Assembly: GCA_963847705.1 (NCBI GenBank)
Contig: CAWKBC010000021.1
Span: forward strand, 1 to 64,000
DNA: 64,000 nt
Direction of reading: 5' to 3'
Source of the DNA: an uncultured Pseudomonadota bacterium
GTDB taxonomy: Bacteria; Myxococcota_A; Polyangia; Fen-1088
The notes below the pieces were generated by a model. It worked only from the letters and a program-made list of their open reading frames with translations. It did not search any database and was not told where the DNA came from. Each line of letters begins with the position of its first letter. Position 1 is the first letter of the stretch. The position numbers were made by a program, and so were the translations under genes. Below, piece by piece: positions 1 through 9,411 of this stretch.

Positions 1-938
1 GTGGCCAATCCGTTCAGCGGCTCGCAGCCGAACCCGCGCCCGGCGGCGCCGCTGCAGGCGGCGTTCGCCTTCGGCGACGTGAACTGGGCCAGCCCCGCGG
101 CGGGGACCAGCATGACCGACCTGGGACCGCTGCTGTTGCAGGTGACGGAGTCGGACACCACCGACGCCGGTGGTCCCCTGCCGCTGTTCGCGCTCTCGGT
201 CGCGCAGCAGCTCTGTTTCTGGGGCAACTCCAACGCTTGCTCCCCCAGCGACCCGGCCTTCCGCAGCGTCGTGGCCGACTTCGTCAGCAGCAACTACAAC
301 TTCCCGTCTCTGGTCAAAGAGCTGTTCTCGTCGGCGCTCATGACGGGCGCCGCGGCCACCGCCACCTATCCCGCCGACTCCAGCGGCAACGCGACCGTCC
401 CCATCAGTATCTCGCGGCAGTCTCACCTGTGCGCCGCGCTCTCCAACCGGATGGGCGTCAGCGACGTCTGCGCGCTGACGGCGGCGGTGCCGACCTCGGC
501 CCAGTCGACCACGCTGACCATCGCCGGCAGCGTGGCCGCCGACGCGTTCAGCCGCGGCTCGCAGACGCCGGTGACGCCGGCCTACCCGGATCTCTTCTAT
601 CGTGCGGCGACGGAGGAGCTCTGCGAGAACGTCGCCAAGCTGGTCGTCGACGCGACGGGCGGACCGTACACCAGCAGCAGCACCAGCTGCGCCGACGGCG
701 ACGGCCTGATGACCAGTTCGTCGAGCAGGTCATGGGCCTCAACCCCAGCGACACCCTCCACAACGGCGCGGTGACCATTCTCGAGAACCATTGCGCCGCC
801 GCCGCCAAGGTCAAGACGACCACCACGGGCGGCGGGTTCAGCGGCGGTACGACCAGCACCTCCGCTCAGACGAACTCGGTCCGTTCGACGTTCGTCCTGG
901 CCTGCGAGTCCCCCTCCTCCCTCGGAATCGGTCTTTAA
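1..938 (+). CDS. 5'-truncated Cys-rich exported protein, partner of downstream DUF1501 gene (DUF1585/DUF1588-like C-terminal region); one frameshift near 710
   Basis: ORF 1..774 (…FVSSNYNFPSLVKELFSS…) continues sensibly in ORF 237..938 frame (DQFVEQVMGL…FVLACESPSSLGIGL) if one base is added at ctgat^gaccag (~710); stop TAA 936-938 followed by AAGGAG RBS of next gene. Confidence 0.6.
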   Translation, partial: GQSVQRLAAEPAPGGAAAGGVRLRRRELGQPRGGDQHDRPGTAAVAGDGVGHHRRRWSPAAVRALGRAAALFLGQLQRLLPQRPGLPQRRGRLRQQQLQLPVSGQRAVLVGAHDGRRGHRHLSRRLQRQRDRPHQYLAAVSPVRRALQPDGRQRRLRADGGGADLGPVDHADHRRQRGRRRVQPRLADAGDAGLPGSLLSCGDGGALRERRQAGRRRDGRTVHQQQHQLRRRRRPDDQFVEQVMGLNPSDTLHNGAVTILENHCAAAAKVKTTTTGGGFSGGTTSTSAQTNSVRSTFVLACESPSSLGIGL

Positions 939-951
939 AGGAGCTTGCCCC

Positions 952-2394
952 ATGTCCATCTCCAAGCCAGTGACACGACGGGAAAGCCTCCTCGCCGGGC
1001 TCTTCGGGACCGGCTACATCGGCCTGCGCGCCCTCGCCACCGGGCTGCCCCCCTGGTTCCTGCTGAACCCGCGCCGGGCCACCGCGCAGGATCTGCAGTG
1101 CATGCTGAACGCGCAGAACAACAACCAGTATCTGATCCTCAGCACCTCCAGCAACGGCGATCCGGTCAACTGCAACTGTCCGGGGACCTACGAGAACACC
1201 AACCTCATCCACCCGTCGGTCGACGAGATGACCGCGACCAAGGTGTGGGTCGGCGGCCAGATGCTGGGGGCGGCGCTGCCCTGGGCCGATCCGTCGGTGA
1301 CGACCAGCGGCGGCAGCAAGGGGTGCCTCAATTCGTCGGTGCTGGCGCGGGCCTCGTTCTTCCACTACATGACCGGCACCGTGGTGCACGGCGACCAGCC
1401 CAAGGTCATGAAGATGCTGGGCGCGACGGCGGGCGGCGAGATGATGGTCTCGGCCTTCGCCAAGCACCTGGCGGCCTGCTTCGGCACCGTGCAGACGGCG
1501 CCCATCGCCGTCGGCGCGGGCGGCAACGCCGGCGAGCTGGTCAGCTTCTCCGGGCGGACACTCCCCTCGATCACGCCGATGCAGCTCAAGACGCTGCTGA
1601 CCGGGACCAAGAACGATCCGCTGGTGAGCCTGCAGACACAGCGGGACACTGACCTCGACAGTCTGAACACGCTCTTCAAGAGCGAGTACCCGGCGGGGAG
1701 CGTGCAGGCGCAGTTCCTCGACGCGCTGTCGACGTCGCAGACACAGGTGCGCTCGCTGGCCAGCCAGCTGGCGACCACGCTCGGCAACATCACCGCCAAC
1801 GACCTGAACGGCCAGCTGTGGGCGGCGGGCGCGCTCATCGCCGCCAAGGTGACGCCGGTGGTGACCGTCCACATCTCGATGGGGGGCGACAACCACTCCG
1901 ACAGCAACCTGCAGGCGGAGTCGGATCAGCACGTCAGCGGCATCACCGCGATGAACAAGCTGCTGATGAACGACACGGCCAACGGCGTCCTGGCCAGCCT
2001 CGGCCTCCTCGACCAGGTGACCTTCGCGTTCTGGAACGTCTTCGGCCGCAACCTGGCGGGGATCTCCAAGGTGACGTCGCGGACCGGGAGGGACCACTGG
2101 GGGAACCACAACGTCTCGGTGATGGTGGGCAAGAACTTCAAGTCGTCGGTGATCGGCGGGGTGGCCGCCGACTCGAGCAACGACGGCGGCTACTCGGCCA
2201 GCGACATCGCCTCGGCGACGGGCGCGGCGACGAAGGGGGGCGACATCCCGGCCGCACAGACCATGGTCGCCGCGGCCAAGACGCTGGGCGCGGGCCTGGG
2301 TATTCCGGACAGCGTCCAGACGGCCGACTGGATCGCCTCGGCGGGCGGCAAGACCGTCACCGCCGCGCTCACAACCGTCCCCACCACTGCCTAG
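952..2394 (+). CDS. Tat-exported DUF1501 family protein
   Basis: AAGGAG RBS; twin-arginine motif TRRESL plus hydrophobic stretch; C-terminal FGR…GRDHW…VIGG motifs typical of DUF1501. Confidence 0.75.
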   Translation: MSISKPVTRRESLLAGLFGTGYIGLRALATGLPPWFLLNPRRATAQDLQCMLNAQNNNQYLILSTSSNGDPVNCNCPGTYENTNLIHPSVDEMTATKVWVGGQMLGAALPWADPSVTTSGGSKGCLNSSVLARASFFHYMTGTVVHGDQPKVMKMLGATAGGEMMVSAFAKHLAACFGTVQTAPIAVGAGGNAGELVSFSGRTLPSITPMQLKTLLTGTKNDPLVSLQTQRDTDLDSLNTLFKSEYPAGSVQAQFLDALSTSQTQVRSLASQLATTLGNITANDLNGQLWAAGALIAAKVTPVVTVHISMGGDNHSDSNLQAESDQHVSGITAMNKLLMNDTANGVLASLGLLDQVTFAFWNVFGRNLAGISKVTSRTGRDHWGNHNVSVMVGKNFKSSVIGGVAADSSNDGGYSASDIASATGAATKGGDIPAAQTMVAAAKTLGAGLGIPDSVQTADWIASAGGKTVTAALTTVPTTA

Positions 2395-2470
2395 CGCTCT
2401 CGTCTCGTGCGCTCGTTCGCTCCTCGCTCGCTCCTCGCGACGATTCGCTCGCTCGGCTTTTACGGCGAGG

Positions 2471-2580
2471 GCGGAGGGGGCAGGTGTGTCCCCCCGCCGC
2501 TCGCGAGAAGGAATCCTCGGCCGCGAACGATCAGAGCGGCCTGTGGGCAATCGGCTGGGAGACACCCCTGCCCCCTCCGC
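2471..2580. repeat. 110-bp element bounded by 24-bp imperfect inverted repeats (REP/MITE-like), within a repeat-rich intergenic region 2395-2700
   Basis: gcggagggggcaggtgtgtccccc (2471-2494) vs gggagacacccctgccccctccgc (2557-2580): reverse complements with 2 mismatches; adjacent direct repeat agcggtcgcggagggc at 2623-2638 and 2645-2660. Confidence 0.65.
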
Positions 2581-2710
2581 GCTTGCCTGCCAGCCTCGGC
2601 TCCGCTTCGCGGGGCGGTGGGCAGCGGTCGCGGAGGGCAGGGGTAGCGGTCGCGGAGGGCGGTGGGCCACCCATTTTCGAGCGACCGGGGCGGTCGGAAG
2701 GCCTCACACG

Positions 2711-2741
2711 AAAAAACCCCGGCCGCGCGAGCGACCGGGGT
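2711..2741 (-). terminator. Rho-independent terminator of the 60-aa gene
   Basis: Minus strand accccggtcgc-tcgc-gcggccggggt stem (11 bp, one G-U) followed by a T run. Confidence 0.85.
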
Positions 2742-2789
2742 CATTGACCTGTTCCGGCGAGGCTGAAGCCTCACCAGGTGAGGGCGGTG

Positions 2790-2972
2790 TTACTTGGCGG
2801 CCTTGTCGTCGGCCTTGTCGGCCTTGTCGGCCTTCTTGTCCTTCTTGGCCTTCTTCTCCTTCTTGGCGCCGTCGGCCGAGTCAGCGGCGGGGGCGTCAGC
2901 GGCCTTGGCAATCGTCCAAGAGGTCGGGAGGGCAACGGCGAGCACGACGAGAATGGCGCGAACGAGCTTCAT
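2790..2972 (-). CDS. Small secreted Lys/Asp/Ala-rich protein (60 aa)
   Basis: AGGAG RBS, N-terminal signal peptide ending AKA-A, low-complexity KADK repeats, own promoter and terminator. Confidence 0.8.
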   Translation of the reverse strand: MKLVRAILVVLAVALPTSWTIAKAADAPAADSADGAKKEKKAKKDKKADKADKADDKAAK

Positions 2973-3034
2973 GGGAGACTCCTGATTTGGGGTTGACGCG
3001 GCAGCTCAGTTACGACGCCGCGCCGCCAGAGGAA

Positions 3035-3050
3035 TGCACCGCACATGCCA
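3035..3050 (-). promoter_or_regulatory. Sigma-54 (-24/-12) promoter for the small secreted protein
   Basis: Minus strand TGGCATGTGCGGTGCA = GG-N10-GC; AT-rich tract 3052-3098 upstream (IHF-like). Confidence 0.6.
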
Positions 3051-3217
3051 GTATGAATCTAAACAAACTCGAAACAATTCCATGCATTTGAGAACTTAGC
3101 CCCGATCTGCGCGACAGATTTGTGGGGCGATCCTGCGCGCGAGGCCTACCTCATGGTGCGAACTGCCCCACGGCGCACACGCCTGTTCCAGATTGCGTGT
3201 TCTGGTCTGTGTGAACG

Positions 3218-3688
3218 CTATTTGGTCGGCGCGGTGAGGATCGCGATGTGGCTGGCGCCGGCCTTCTTGGCGGTGGACATGATGTCGACCGCGGCGCCGA
3301 GATAGACGTTCTTGTCGCCGCGGATGAGCAACGTCTCCGAGCTGACCTCCGTCAGCGCCTTCCGGATCTCGGCTTCCAGGTTGGCCGGATCGACCTTGCG
3401 CGCTCCCAGATAGAGCTCGTTGGCCTTGGTGACCGTCAGGACGGGATCCGTGTGCCGCTGCGAGACCGGCCCGGCGGCGTTGGCCTTGGGAAGGACCACC
3501 TTCATCCCGGCGCGCGACGCGACCTCGGATTCGACCAGCGCCGTCGAGGTGACCATGAAGATGATCAGCAAGACCAGAAAGACGTCGGTCAGCGGCGTGA
3601 TGTTGATTTCGGCGACGACGGTCTCGTTGCCGACGTCGGCGTCGTCTCCGCCGCTGCCGCCGTCATCGAGCTGAACGGTCATTCCCAT
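3218..3688 (-). CDS. exbD: ExbD/TolR family biopolymer transport protein
   Basis: EINITPLTDVFLVLLIIFMVT motif with conserved TM Asp; IRGDK motif. Confidence 0.92.
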   Translation of the reverse strand: MGMTVQLDDGGSGGDDADVGNETVVAEINITPLTDVFLVLLIIFMVTSTALVESEVASRAGMKVVLPKANAAGPVSQRHTDPVLTVTKANELYLGARKVDPANLEAEIRKALTEVSSETLLIRGDKNVYLGAAVDIMSTAKKAGASHIAILTAPTK

Positions 3689-3697
3689 GGTGAGACC

Positions 3698-4376
3698 TCA
3701 GGAGACCGCGCCGGCGGCGTCGGCGGGCGCCGGCGCCGGGACGGCGGGGCGCGGTTTGGAGGCCGACTCACCGAGCGTGGCCAGAAACTCCTCGCAATAG
3801 AGCCGGTACTGCATGGAGCTGCCGTTGATCGCGCGACGAAGTAGTTGTAGGCGATGACGGCATAGATGGCGACCAGCAGGCCGGCCGCGGTGGCCACCAG
3901 CGCGGCCGCGATCCCCTGTGAGACGACCTTGAATCCGCCGGTGCCGGCCACCGACATCGACTGGAAGGCCTTCAGGATGCCGACCACGGTGCCGAACAGG
4001 CCGACGAACGGCGCCGAGGAGCCGACGGTTCCCAGCGCCCAGAGATAGCGTTTGAGCGACAGCACCGTGGCGCTTCGCTGGGAGGTCACCGCCTCCGTCG
4101 TCTTTTGCGGCATCTTCTGGAAGACCTGCAGGCCGCGCTCGAAGACGTCGGCCAGCGGCACCTGCGACATCTCGGAGAGCGCGGCCGCCTTGCCAGATCG
4201 CCCTTCTCGATGGCGTCGATGACGCGATCCTTGAACGCCTCCGACTTGGGAATCAGGTTCCACAGCGCGTAGCAGCGCTCGCAGATGACGGCCAGCCCGG
4301 CGAGCGACCAGGCGAGCAGCAGCGACAGAATGAGCCACTCATCGCGAACCAGATTGCGGATGGTTTCCCAGGACAT
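3698..4376 (-). CDS. exbB: MotA/TolQ/ExbB proton channel protein; two frameshifts (~4193, ~3830)
   Basis: N-terminus in ORF 4086..4376, core [20 protein letters not shown]…[13 protein letters not shown] in ORF 3679..4338, C-terminus [17 protein letters not shown]…AVS-stop (TGA 3698-3700) in a third frame. Confidence 0.85.
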
Positions 4377-4463
4377 GAGCCCGAAAGGATAGCCCGGAAA
4401 TCCGGCGCGCGCTTCTCCGGTCGGTCGCCATCTCCTCTTGTGTTCAACCTATACTGGGGCCGC

Positions 4464-6773
4464 ATGACGACGGCGGCGGCAGAGGCCTCGCGCACAGCCT
4501 CGGCCGCTCCACGGCTGGGCTTTGCCGGACGGCTGATCGTGGTCGAGGCCGCGCTCACGGTCGCCGAGGCGATCCTGGTCATCGGCCCGACGCTGGCGCT
4601 GGCGGCGAAGTCACTGCGGGCGAGCGGCGAGTCGTTTCGGGTCGGTGCGCTCCTGGCTGCGCTCATGATCGTGGGCTGGGTGCGCGCCGCCGATCTCCTG
4701 CGGCCGCTCCTGGCGGCGCGCGACGCCAAACGGGCCGGGATCGCGCTCGACGACGCCGAGCTGGCCGCCTGCGACAGGGCCATCCGCCGCGCGCCCGTCG
4801 AGGTGGCCATGACCCGCTGGCTGATCTGGACGGGCGCGGTCGGCTACCTGGTCCTGCGGCTCGGTCCCCGGGGATTTTTGGCCTGGCCCTCGACGATCGG
4901 GCTCGGATGCATCGGGATTCTGCACGCGGGCGGGGCGGCGGCGGCGCGCGGCGCGCTCTGGGAGCGGAACCTCGAACGCGCCCGGCGGCTCATCTTGCCG
5001 AACTTCGACGCGCTCCGCGGATTTGCCGCCAGCTATCGCCGGCGGCTCTGCCAGACCGCCTGGGCGCTGCTGGCGGCGGCGCACGCCTTCAATGCCGCGC
5101 TCATCGCCGTGTTCACCAACATGACCTCGGCGCAGTCGGGGACCCTGCTGGCGTTGACGGTGCCGGCGCTGCTCTTCCCGATGCTGGTCTGGTACCGGTC
5201 GCTGCGGCGCCGCACCGGTCCCATCGAGCGTTACCTCGACGTCGCCGTCCGCCGGCCGCCGTCGCGCGGTCCGGCGCGCGAGGATCCGGACGCCGTGGCG
5301 GCCTTCCGCGCGGCGCAGAGCCTCCCCTACCGGTTGGCCGGATACCAGGCCCTCGGCTGCGCGTTCGCCATGGTGGCGGTGGTGGTGGTCGGCCGCCGCC
5401 TGTGCGGCTTCGACGCCGCGACCGCCGGGCGGCTCCTCGGCGCCAGCGCGCTCATGTTGCTGGCGATGGCGCTCTACGAGACGCTCCTCTTGCGCGACGT
5501 GCTTCGCCCGCTGCTCGGACAGCTGGGGGCGCGGCATCGGCTCCCCGTCGCCCAGATTCGCGCGCCGATCACGCTGCGGGCCAAGCTGGTCCTGTTCTTC
5601 TCCAGCGTCACGATCTTCACCTCCGGGCTGGTGCTGCTGTTCGCGCTGTCGCCCAGCCACCCGCTCTCCAAGATGCTCACCTCGATCGGGCTGGCGCTGG
5701 CGCTGGCGCTGGGGCTGGTGGTGTTCATCGTGCGCGACATGGTGTTGCCGGTGGTCGCGCTCGAGGAGCGCTCCGACGAGATGGCGCGCGGCGAGCTGGC
5801 GCGTCCGGTGCCGCCGGCCGGCGAGGCCGACGAGATCGGCCGGCTGTCGTTCGCCTTCGAGGAGATGCGGCGCGCGCTGCGCGACAAGCTCCGCTCGACG
5901 GAGTCGCTCAACATCGACCTCGAACGCGAGGTGCGCCGCCGCACCGAGGTGCTCGAGCAGCGCAACCGCGAGCTGCACGACGCGCTGGAGAAGCTGCGGC
6001 GCGCCCAGGACGATCCGATCCGCTCCGAGAAGCTCGCCTCCATGGGGCGCCTCGTGGCCGGGATCGCCCACGAGATCAACAACCCGGTGAACGCGGTCAT
6101 CAACACCCTCGGTCCGCTCGGCGAGGCGCTGCAGACGATGGCCGCCGCGCCGAACCCGGCCGCGGCGGCACACGCGGCGGCGGACGCCGAGGAGATGCTG
6201 CGCGTGGTGAGCCGGGGCGCGGCCCGGACCAAGGCCATCGTGCAGGCGCTGCACAACTACTCGCGCGGCGACGAGCAACGCCCGCGTGAGCTCAGCGTCG
6301 CCCGCAGCGTCGACGACACGATCGATCTCCTGCGCCACCACCTGCGCCACGTGCAGATCGAAAAGCAGATCGACCCCGACCTGCGGATCACGGGGTTCCC
6401 CGGGCAGATCGATCAGGTGTTCATGAACCTCATCACCAACGCCGCGCAGGCGGTCGGCGCGCGCGACCAGGGCGGCACGGTTCGGGTGGCGGCGGTCGCG
6501 CGCGCCGACGACGTGGAGATCACCGTCTCCGACGACGGGCCCGGGATCGCCGCCGATGTCATTCCGCGCATCTTCGATCCGTTCTTCACCACCAAGGACG
6601 TGGGCGAGGGGTCGGGGCTCGGTCTTTCGATCGTCCACGGGATCGTCGATCGACATGGTGGCCGCATCGAGGTCGAGAGTCAGCTCGGGCAGGGGACGAC
6701 GTTCCGGATCACGCTCCCCGCGCGGCAGCCGGCGGCGCCACCGGGCGCGCGCGATCTCGAACGGCCGTCGTGA
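4464..6773 (+). CDS. Multi-TM HAMP-domain sensor histidine kinase
   Basis: HAMP (ADEIGRLSFAFEEM), H-box AGIAHEINNP, N-box QVFMNLITNA, DDGPGI, FDPFFTTK, GSGLGL; start chosen at ATG 8 nt after TATACT. Confidence 0.93.
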   Translation: MTTAAAEASRTASAAPRLGFAGRLIVVEAALTVAEAILVIGPTLALAAKSLRASGESFRVGALLAALMIVGWVRAADLLRPLLAARDAKRAGIALDDAELAACDRAIRRAPVEVAMTRWLIWTGAVGYLVLRLGPRGFLAWPSTIGLGCIGILHAGGAAAARGALWERNLERARRLILPNFDALRGFAASYRRRLCQTAWALLAAAHAFNAALIAVFTNMTSAQSGTLLALTVPALLFPMLVWYRSLRRRTGPIERYLDVAVRRPPSRGPAREDPDAVAAFRAAQSLPYRLAGYQALGCAFAMVAVVVVGRRLCGFDAATAGRLLGASALMLLAMALYETLLLRDVLRPLLGQLGARHRLPVAQIRAPITLRAKLVLFFSSVTIFTSGLVLLFALSPSHPLSKMLTSIGLALALALGLVVFIVRDMVLPVVALEERSDEMARGELARPVPPAGEADEIGRLSFAFEEMRRALRDKLRSTESLNIDLEREVRRRTEVLEQRNRELHDALEKLRRAQDDPIRSEKLASMGRLVAGIAHEINNPVNAVINTLGPLGEALQTMAAAPNPAAAAHAAADAEEMLRVVSRGAARTKAIVQALHNYSRGDEQRPRELSVARSVDDTIDLLRHHLRHVQIEKQIDPDLRITGFPGQIDQVFMNLITNAAQAVGARDQGGTVRVAAVARADDVEITVSDDGPGIAADVIPRIFDPFFTTKDVGEGSGLGLSIVHGIVDRHGGRIEVESQLGQGTTFRITLPARQPAAPPGARDLERPS

Positions 6774-6916
6774 CAAACTGGCAGCTCGGCCAGGCGTCCT
6801 GACGGCAAGATGTCAGGTTGACATCGGATTGGCGGCGCCGGCCAATTTGTCGTAACATCGACTGTAGTGAATTCATATAGTTATGCCGATTCGCCCAACA
6901 TGGCATCCCAGTTGAA
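6771..6916 (+). promoter_or_regulatory. Putative sigma-54 promoter with upstream bEBP binding sites for the response regulator gene
   Basis: TGACAAACTGGCA 6771-6783, CGGCAAGATGTCA 6803-6815, GGCCAATTTGTCG 6840-6852; AT-rich spacer; TGGCATCCCAGTTGAA 6901-6916 (GG-N10-GA, imperfect -12). Confidence 0.5.
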
Positions 6917-6928
6917 GGTCCATGGGGG

Positions 6929-8413
6929 ATGGAACTGATGCCTACGCGTCCTCCCACCCAACCTGGGGCACCGACGGTTCTGGTGGTGGACGACGAGCCG
7001 CCCATCGTCGATTCGTTGCAGAAGATCTTCGAGCGCGAGTCGCTGCGCGTCCTGACCGCGGGCTCCGGAGGCGAGGCCCTGGAGATCTTGCGGCGCGAGC
7101 CGGTCTCGGTGCTGCTCACCGACCTCATGATGCCGGGGATGTCGGGGATGGACCTCTTGCGGGCGAGCAAGAGCATCGCCCCCGAGACCGAGACCGTGCT
7201 GATGACCGCCTACGGGACGGTGGAGAACGCCGTCGAGGCGATGAAGCAGGGGGCCTACGACTTCGTCACCAAGCCGATCAAACGCGCGCACCTGGTCCGC
7301 GTCGTGGGAAAGGCGATCGAGAAGCGATCGCTGGTCCAGGAGAACCGCTCGCTGCGCGCCCAGCTGGCGGCCGAGCAGCGCCGCGCGCTCATCGGACAGT
7401 CGCTGGCCTGGCGTCGGACGATGGAGATCGTCATGCAGGCGGCGCCCTCGCAGGCCACGGTGCTGCTGCTGGGGGAGTCGGGCACCGGCAAGGAGCTGCT
7501 GGCGCGGGCGATCCACGACAGCTCGCCGCGCGCCGGCGGCCCGTTCGTGCCGGTCAACTGCGCCGCGCTGCCCGAGACGATCCTGGAGGCAGAGCTGTTC
7601 GGATACGAAAAGGGGGCCTTCACCGGCGCGACCCAGCGCCACGACGGGCGGTTCGTGCAGGCTGACCGTGGCACGCTGTTCCTCGACGAGATCGGGGAGA
7701 TCCCGACGCACGTCCAGGTGAAGCTCTTGCGCGTGCTGCAGGAGGGGGAGGTCGAGCGGCTCGGCGGGCGGACCTTGAAGGTGGATCTGCGGCTGGTGGC
7801 CGCCACCAACCAGGACCTGCGCGCCGCCGTGCGCGAGGGGCGCTTCCGCGAAGATCTCTACTACCGCCTCAACGTCATCGCGGTGCCGATTCCGCCGCTG
7901 CGCGATCGGCGCGACGACATTCCGCTTCTGGCCGAGCACTTCCTGCAGCGCTACGCCGCGCGCAACAACCGCCACCTGTCGGGGTTTTCACGCGCCGCCG
8001 CGGAGGCGCTGGCCCGGCACGAGTGGCCGGGCAACGTGCGCGAGCTGGAAAACACCGTCGAGCGGGCGGTGGTGCTCTCGCGCGGCACCGCGATCGAGAT
8101 CGATGATCTGCCGCCCGAGGTGCGCAGCGGCGGCGGCGTCGCGGGCGACGGGAGGACCCTCTCCTTCGTGGTGGGAACGCCGCTCGAGGAGATCGAGCGG
8201 CGGGTCATTCACGCCACCCTGGCGCACGTGGGGGGGGACAAGCGCCTCTGCGCGCAGCTGCTGGGAATCGCCACCCGCACGATCTACCGGCGGCTCGAGG
8301 AGGAACGGGTCGATCTCGAGCCGGCCCCGGCCGCCGAAGGTGCGGTTCGAGACGCGGGGTCCAGTCGAGACGTGCCAAATTGGCAGGCCTCCCTGGTCGG
8401 CGGCTCTCGATAA
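6929..8413 (+). CDS. NtrC-family sigma-54-dependent response regulator (REC-AAA+-HTH)
   Basis: VLVVDDE…TDLMMP receiver, GESGTGKE Walker A, GAFTGA loop, [11 protein letters not shown]-terminal Fis-type HTH. Confidence 0.95.
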   Translation: MELMPTRPPTQPGAPTVLVVDDEPPIVDSLQKIFERESLRVLTAGSGGEALEILRREPVSVLLTDLMMPGMSGMDLLRASKSIAPETETVLMTAYGTVENAVEAMKQGAYDFVTKPIKRAHLVRVVGKAIEKRSLVQENRSLRAQLAAEQRRALIGQSLAWRRTMEIVMQAAPSQATVLLLGESGTGKELLARAIHDSSPRAGGPFVPVNCAALPETILEAELFGYEKGAFTGATQRHDGRFVQADRGTLFLDEIGEIPTHVQVKLLRVLQEGEVERLGGRTLKVDLRLVAATNQDLRAAVREGRFREDLYYRLNVIAVPIPPLRDRRDDIPLLAEHFLQRYAARNNRHLSGFSRAAAEALARHEWPGNVRELENTVERAVVLSRGTAIEIDDLPPEVRSGGGVAGDGRTLSFVVGTPLEEIERRVIHATLAHVGGDKRLCAQLLGIATRTIYRRLEEERVDLEPAPAAEGAVRDAGSSRDVPNWQASLVGGSR

Positions 8414-8465
8414 GTCATCGATAAGTAAGGATTTGCAAGCACGGCCGGGTGGTCTCGGCGTTGCT
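8373..8465 (+). promoter_or_regulatory. Sigma-54 promoter and upstream palindrome of the T2SS operon
   Basis: Palindrome TGCCAAATTGGCA 8373-8385; AT-rich 8410-8438; TGGTCTCGGCGTTGCT 8450-8465 = GG-N10-GC with TTGCT. Confidence 0.65.
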
Positions 8466-8487
8466 TTGAGCCTTACGCCGGACGTCC

Positions 8488-9411
8488 ATGGAGACCCTGC
8501 TTCGCAAGTACCTCTCGCTCGTCGATCTCGCGGTGGTCGCGTTGTGCGCGATCTTCGCCGCGCGGGCGACCGCCACGGCGATCGAGGCCGGGTTCGTCAG
8601 CAGCATCCCGACCGCCAAGCACGCGTCCAAGCCGCCCGCCTCTCCCGCCACGACCACGGTCTACTCGAAGCAGGTCGAGGAGATCCTGAATCGGAACATC
8701 TTCTGCTCGACCTGCCCGCCGATCCTGGGTGACAAACAGGAGGCGACGACCGAGCCAGTGATTCCGCCGCTGCAACGGACCAGCCTGCCTCTGAAGCTGC
8801 TGGCGGTCATGTACGCTCCGAGCGACTCGCGCTGGTCGATGGCCATCATCCGCGACAACGACGACAAGTCGGTCGGCCCGTACGGCGTCGGCTCGCATAT
8901 CCGTGACGCGACCATCGACCAGATCGACGAGACGCGTGCCTATCTGGACTTCGGTGGCGGGAAGCGGGAGTACCTGGAGCTGCTCGACCAGCCGGCCACG
9001 CCCGCCGCGGCGCCCGCCGCGGCCGCGCCGCCGCCGGGCCCCAAGGATCCGCTGGCGGAAGCGCTCGACAGGGGGATCAAGAAGACGGGACCCAACAGCT
9101 ACGAGGTCCAGCACTCCACCCTCGACGCGCTCCTCGGGAACATGGGCGCGCTGTCGAGGGCGGCGCGGATCGTCCCCGAGATGAAGGACGGAAAATCGGC
9201 CGGCTTCCGGCTGCTCTCGATCAAGCCGGACGGGCCGTTCGGGAAGATCGGTCTGCAGAACGGCGACATCATTTCAGCCATCAACGGTCTCGAGATGACC
9301 AGCCCCGACAAGGCACTCGAGGTCTACACCAAGCTCAAGACCGCGAACCACCTCTCGGTCGGGCTCGAACGCAACGGCCAGAAGATCACCGAGGACTACA
9401 ACATCCGATGA
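8488..9411 (+). CDS. gspC: Type II secretion protein GspC (TM-HR-PDZ)
   Basis: N-terminal TM, HR domain, C-terminal PDZ (IGLQNGDIISAING); first gene of gsp operon. Confidence 0.88.
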   Translation: METLLRKYLSLVDLAVVALCAIFAARATATAIEAGFVSSIPTAKHASKPPASPATTTVYSKQVEEILNRNIFCSTCPPILGDKQEATTEPVIPPLQRTSLPLKLLAVMYAPSDSRWSMAIIRDNDDKSVGPYGVGSHIRDATIDQIDETRAYLDFGGGKREYLELLDQPATPAAAPAAAAPPPGPKDPLAEALDRGIKKTGPNSYEVQHSTLDALLGNMGALSRAARIVPEMKDGKSAGFRLLSIKPDGPFGKIGLQNGDIISAINGLEMTSPDKALEVYTKLKTANHLSVGLERNGQKITEDYNIR

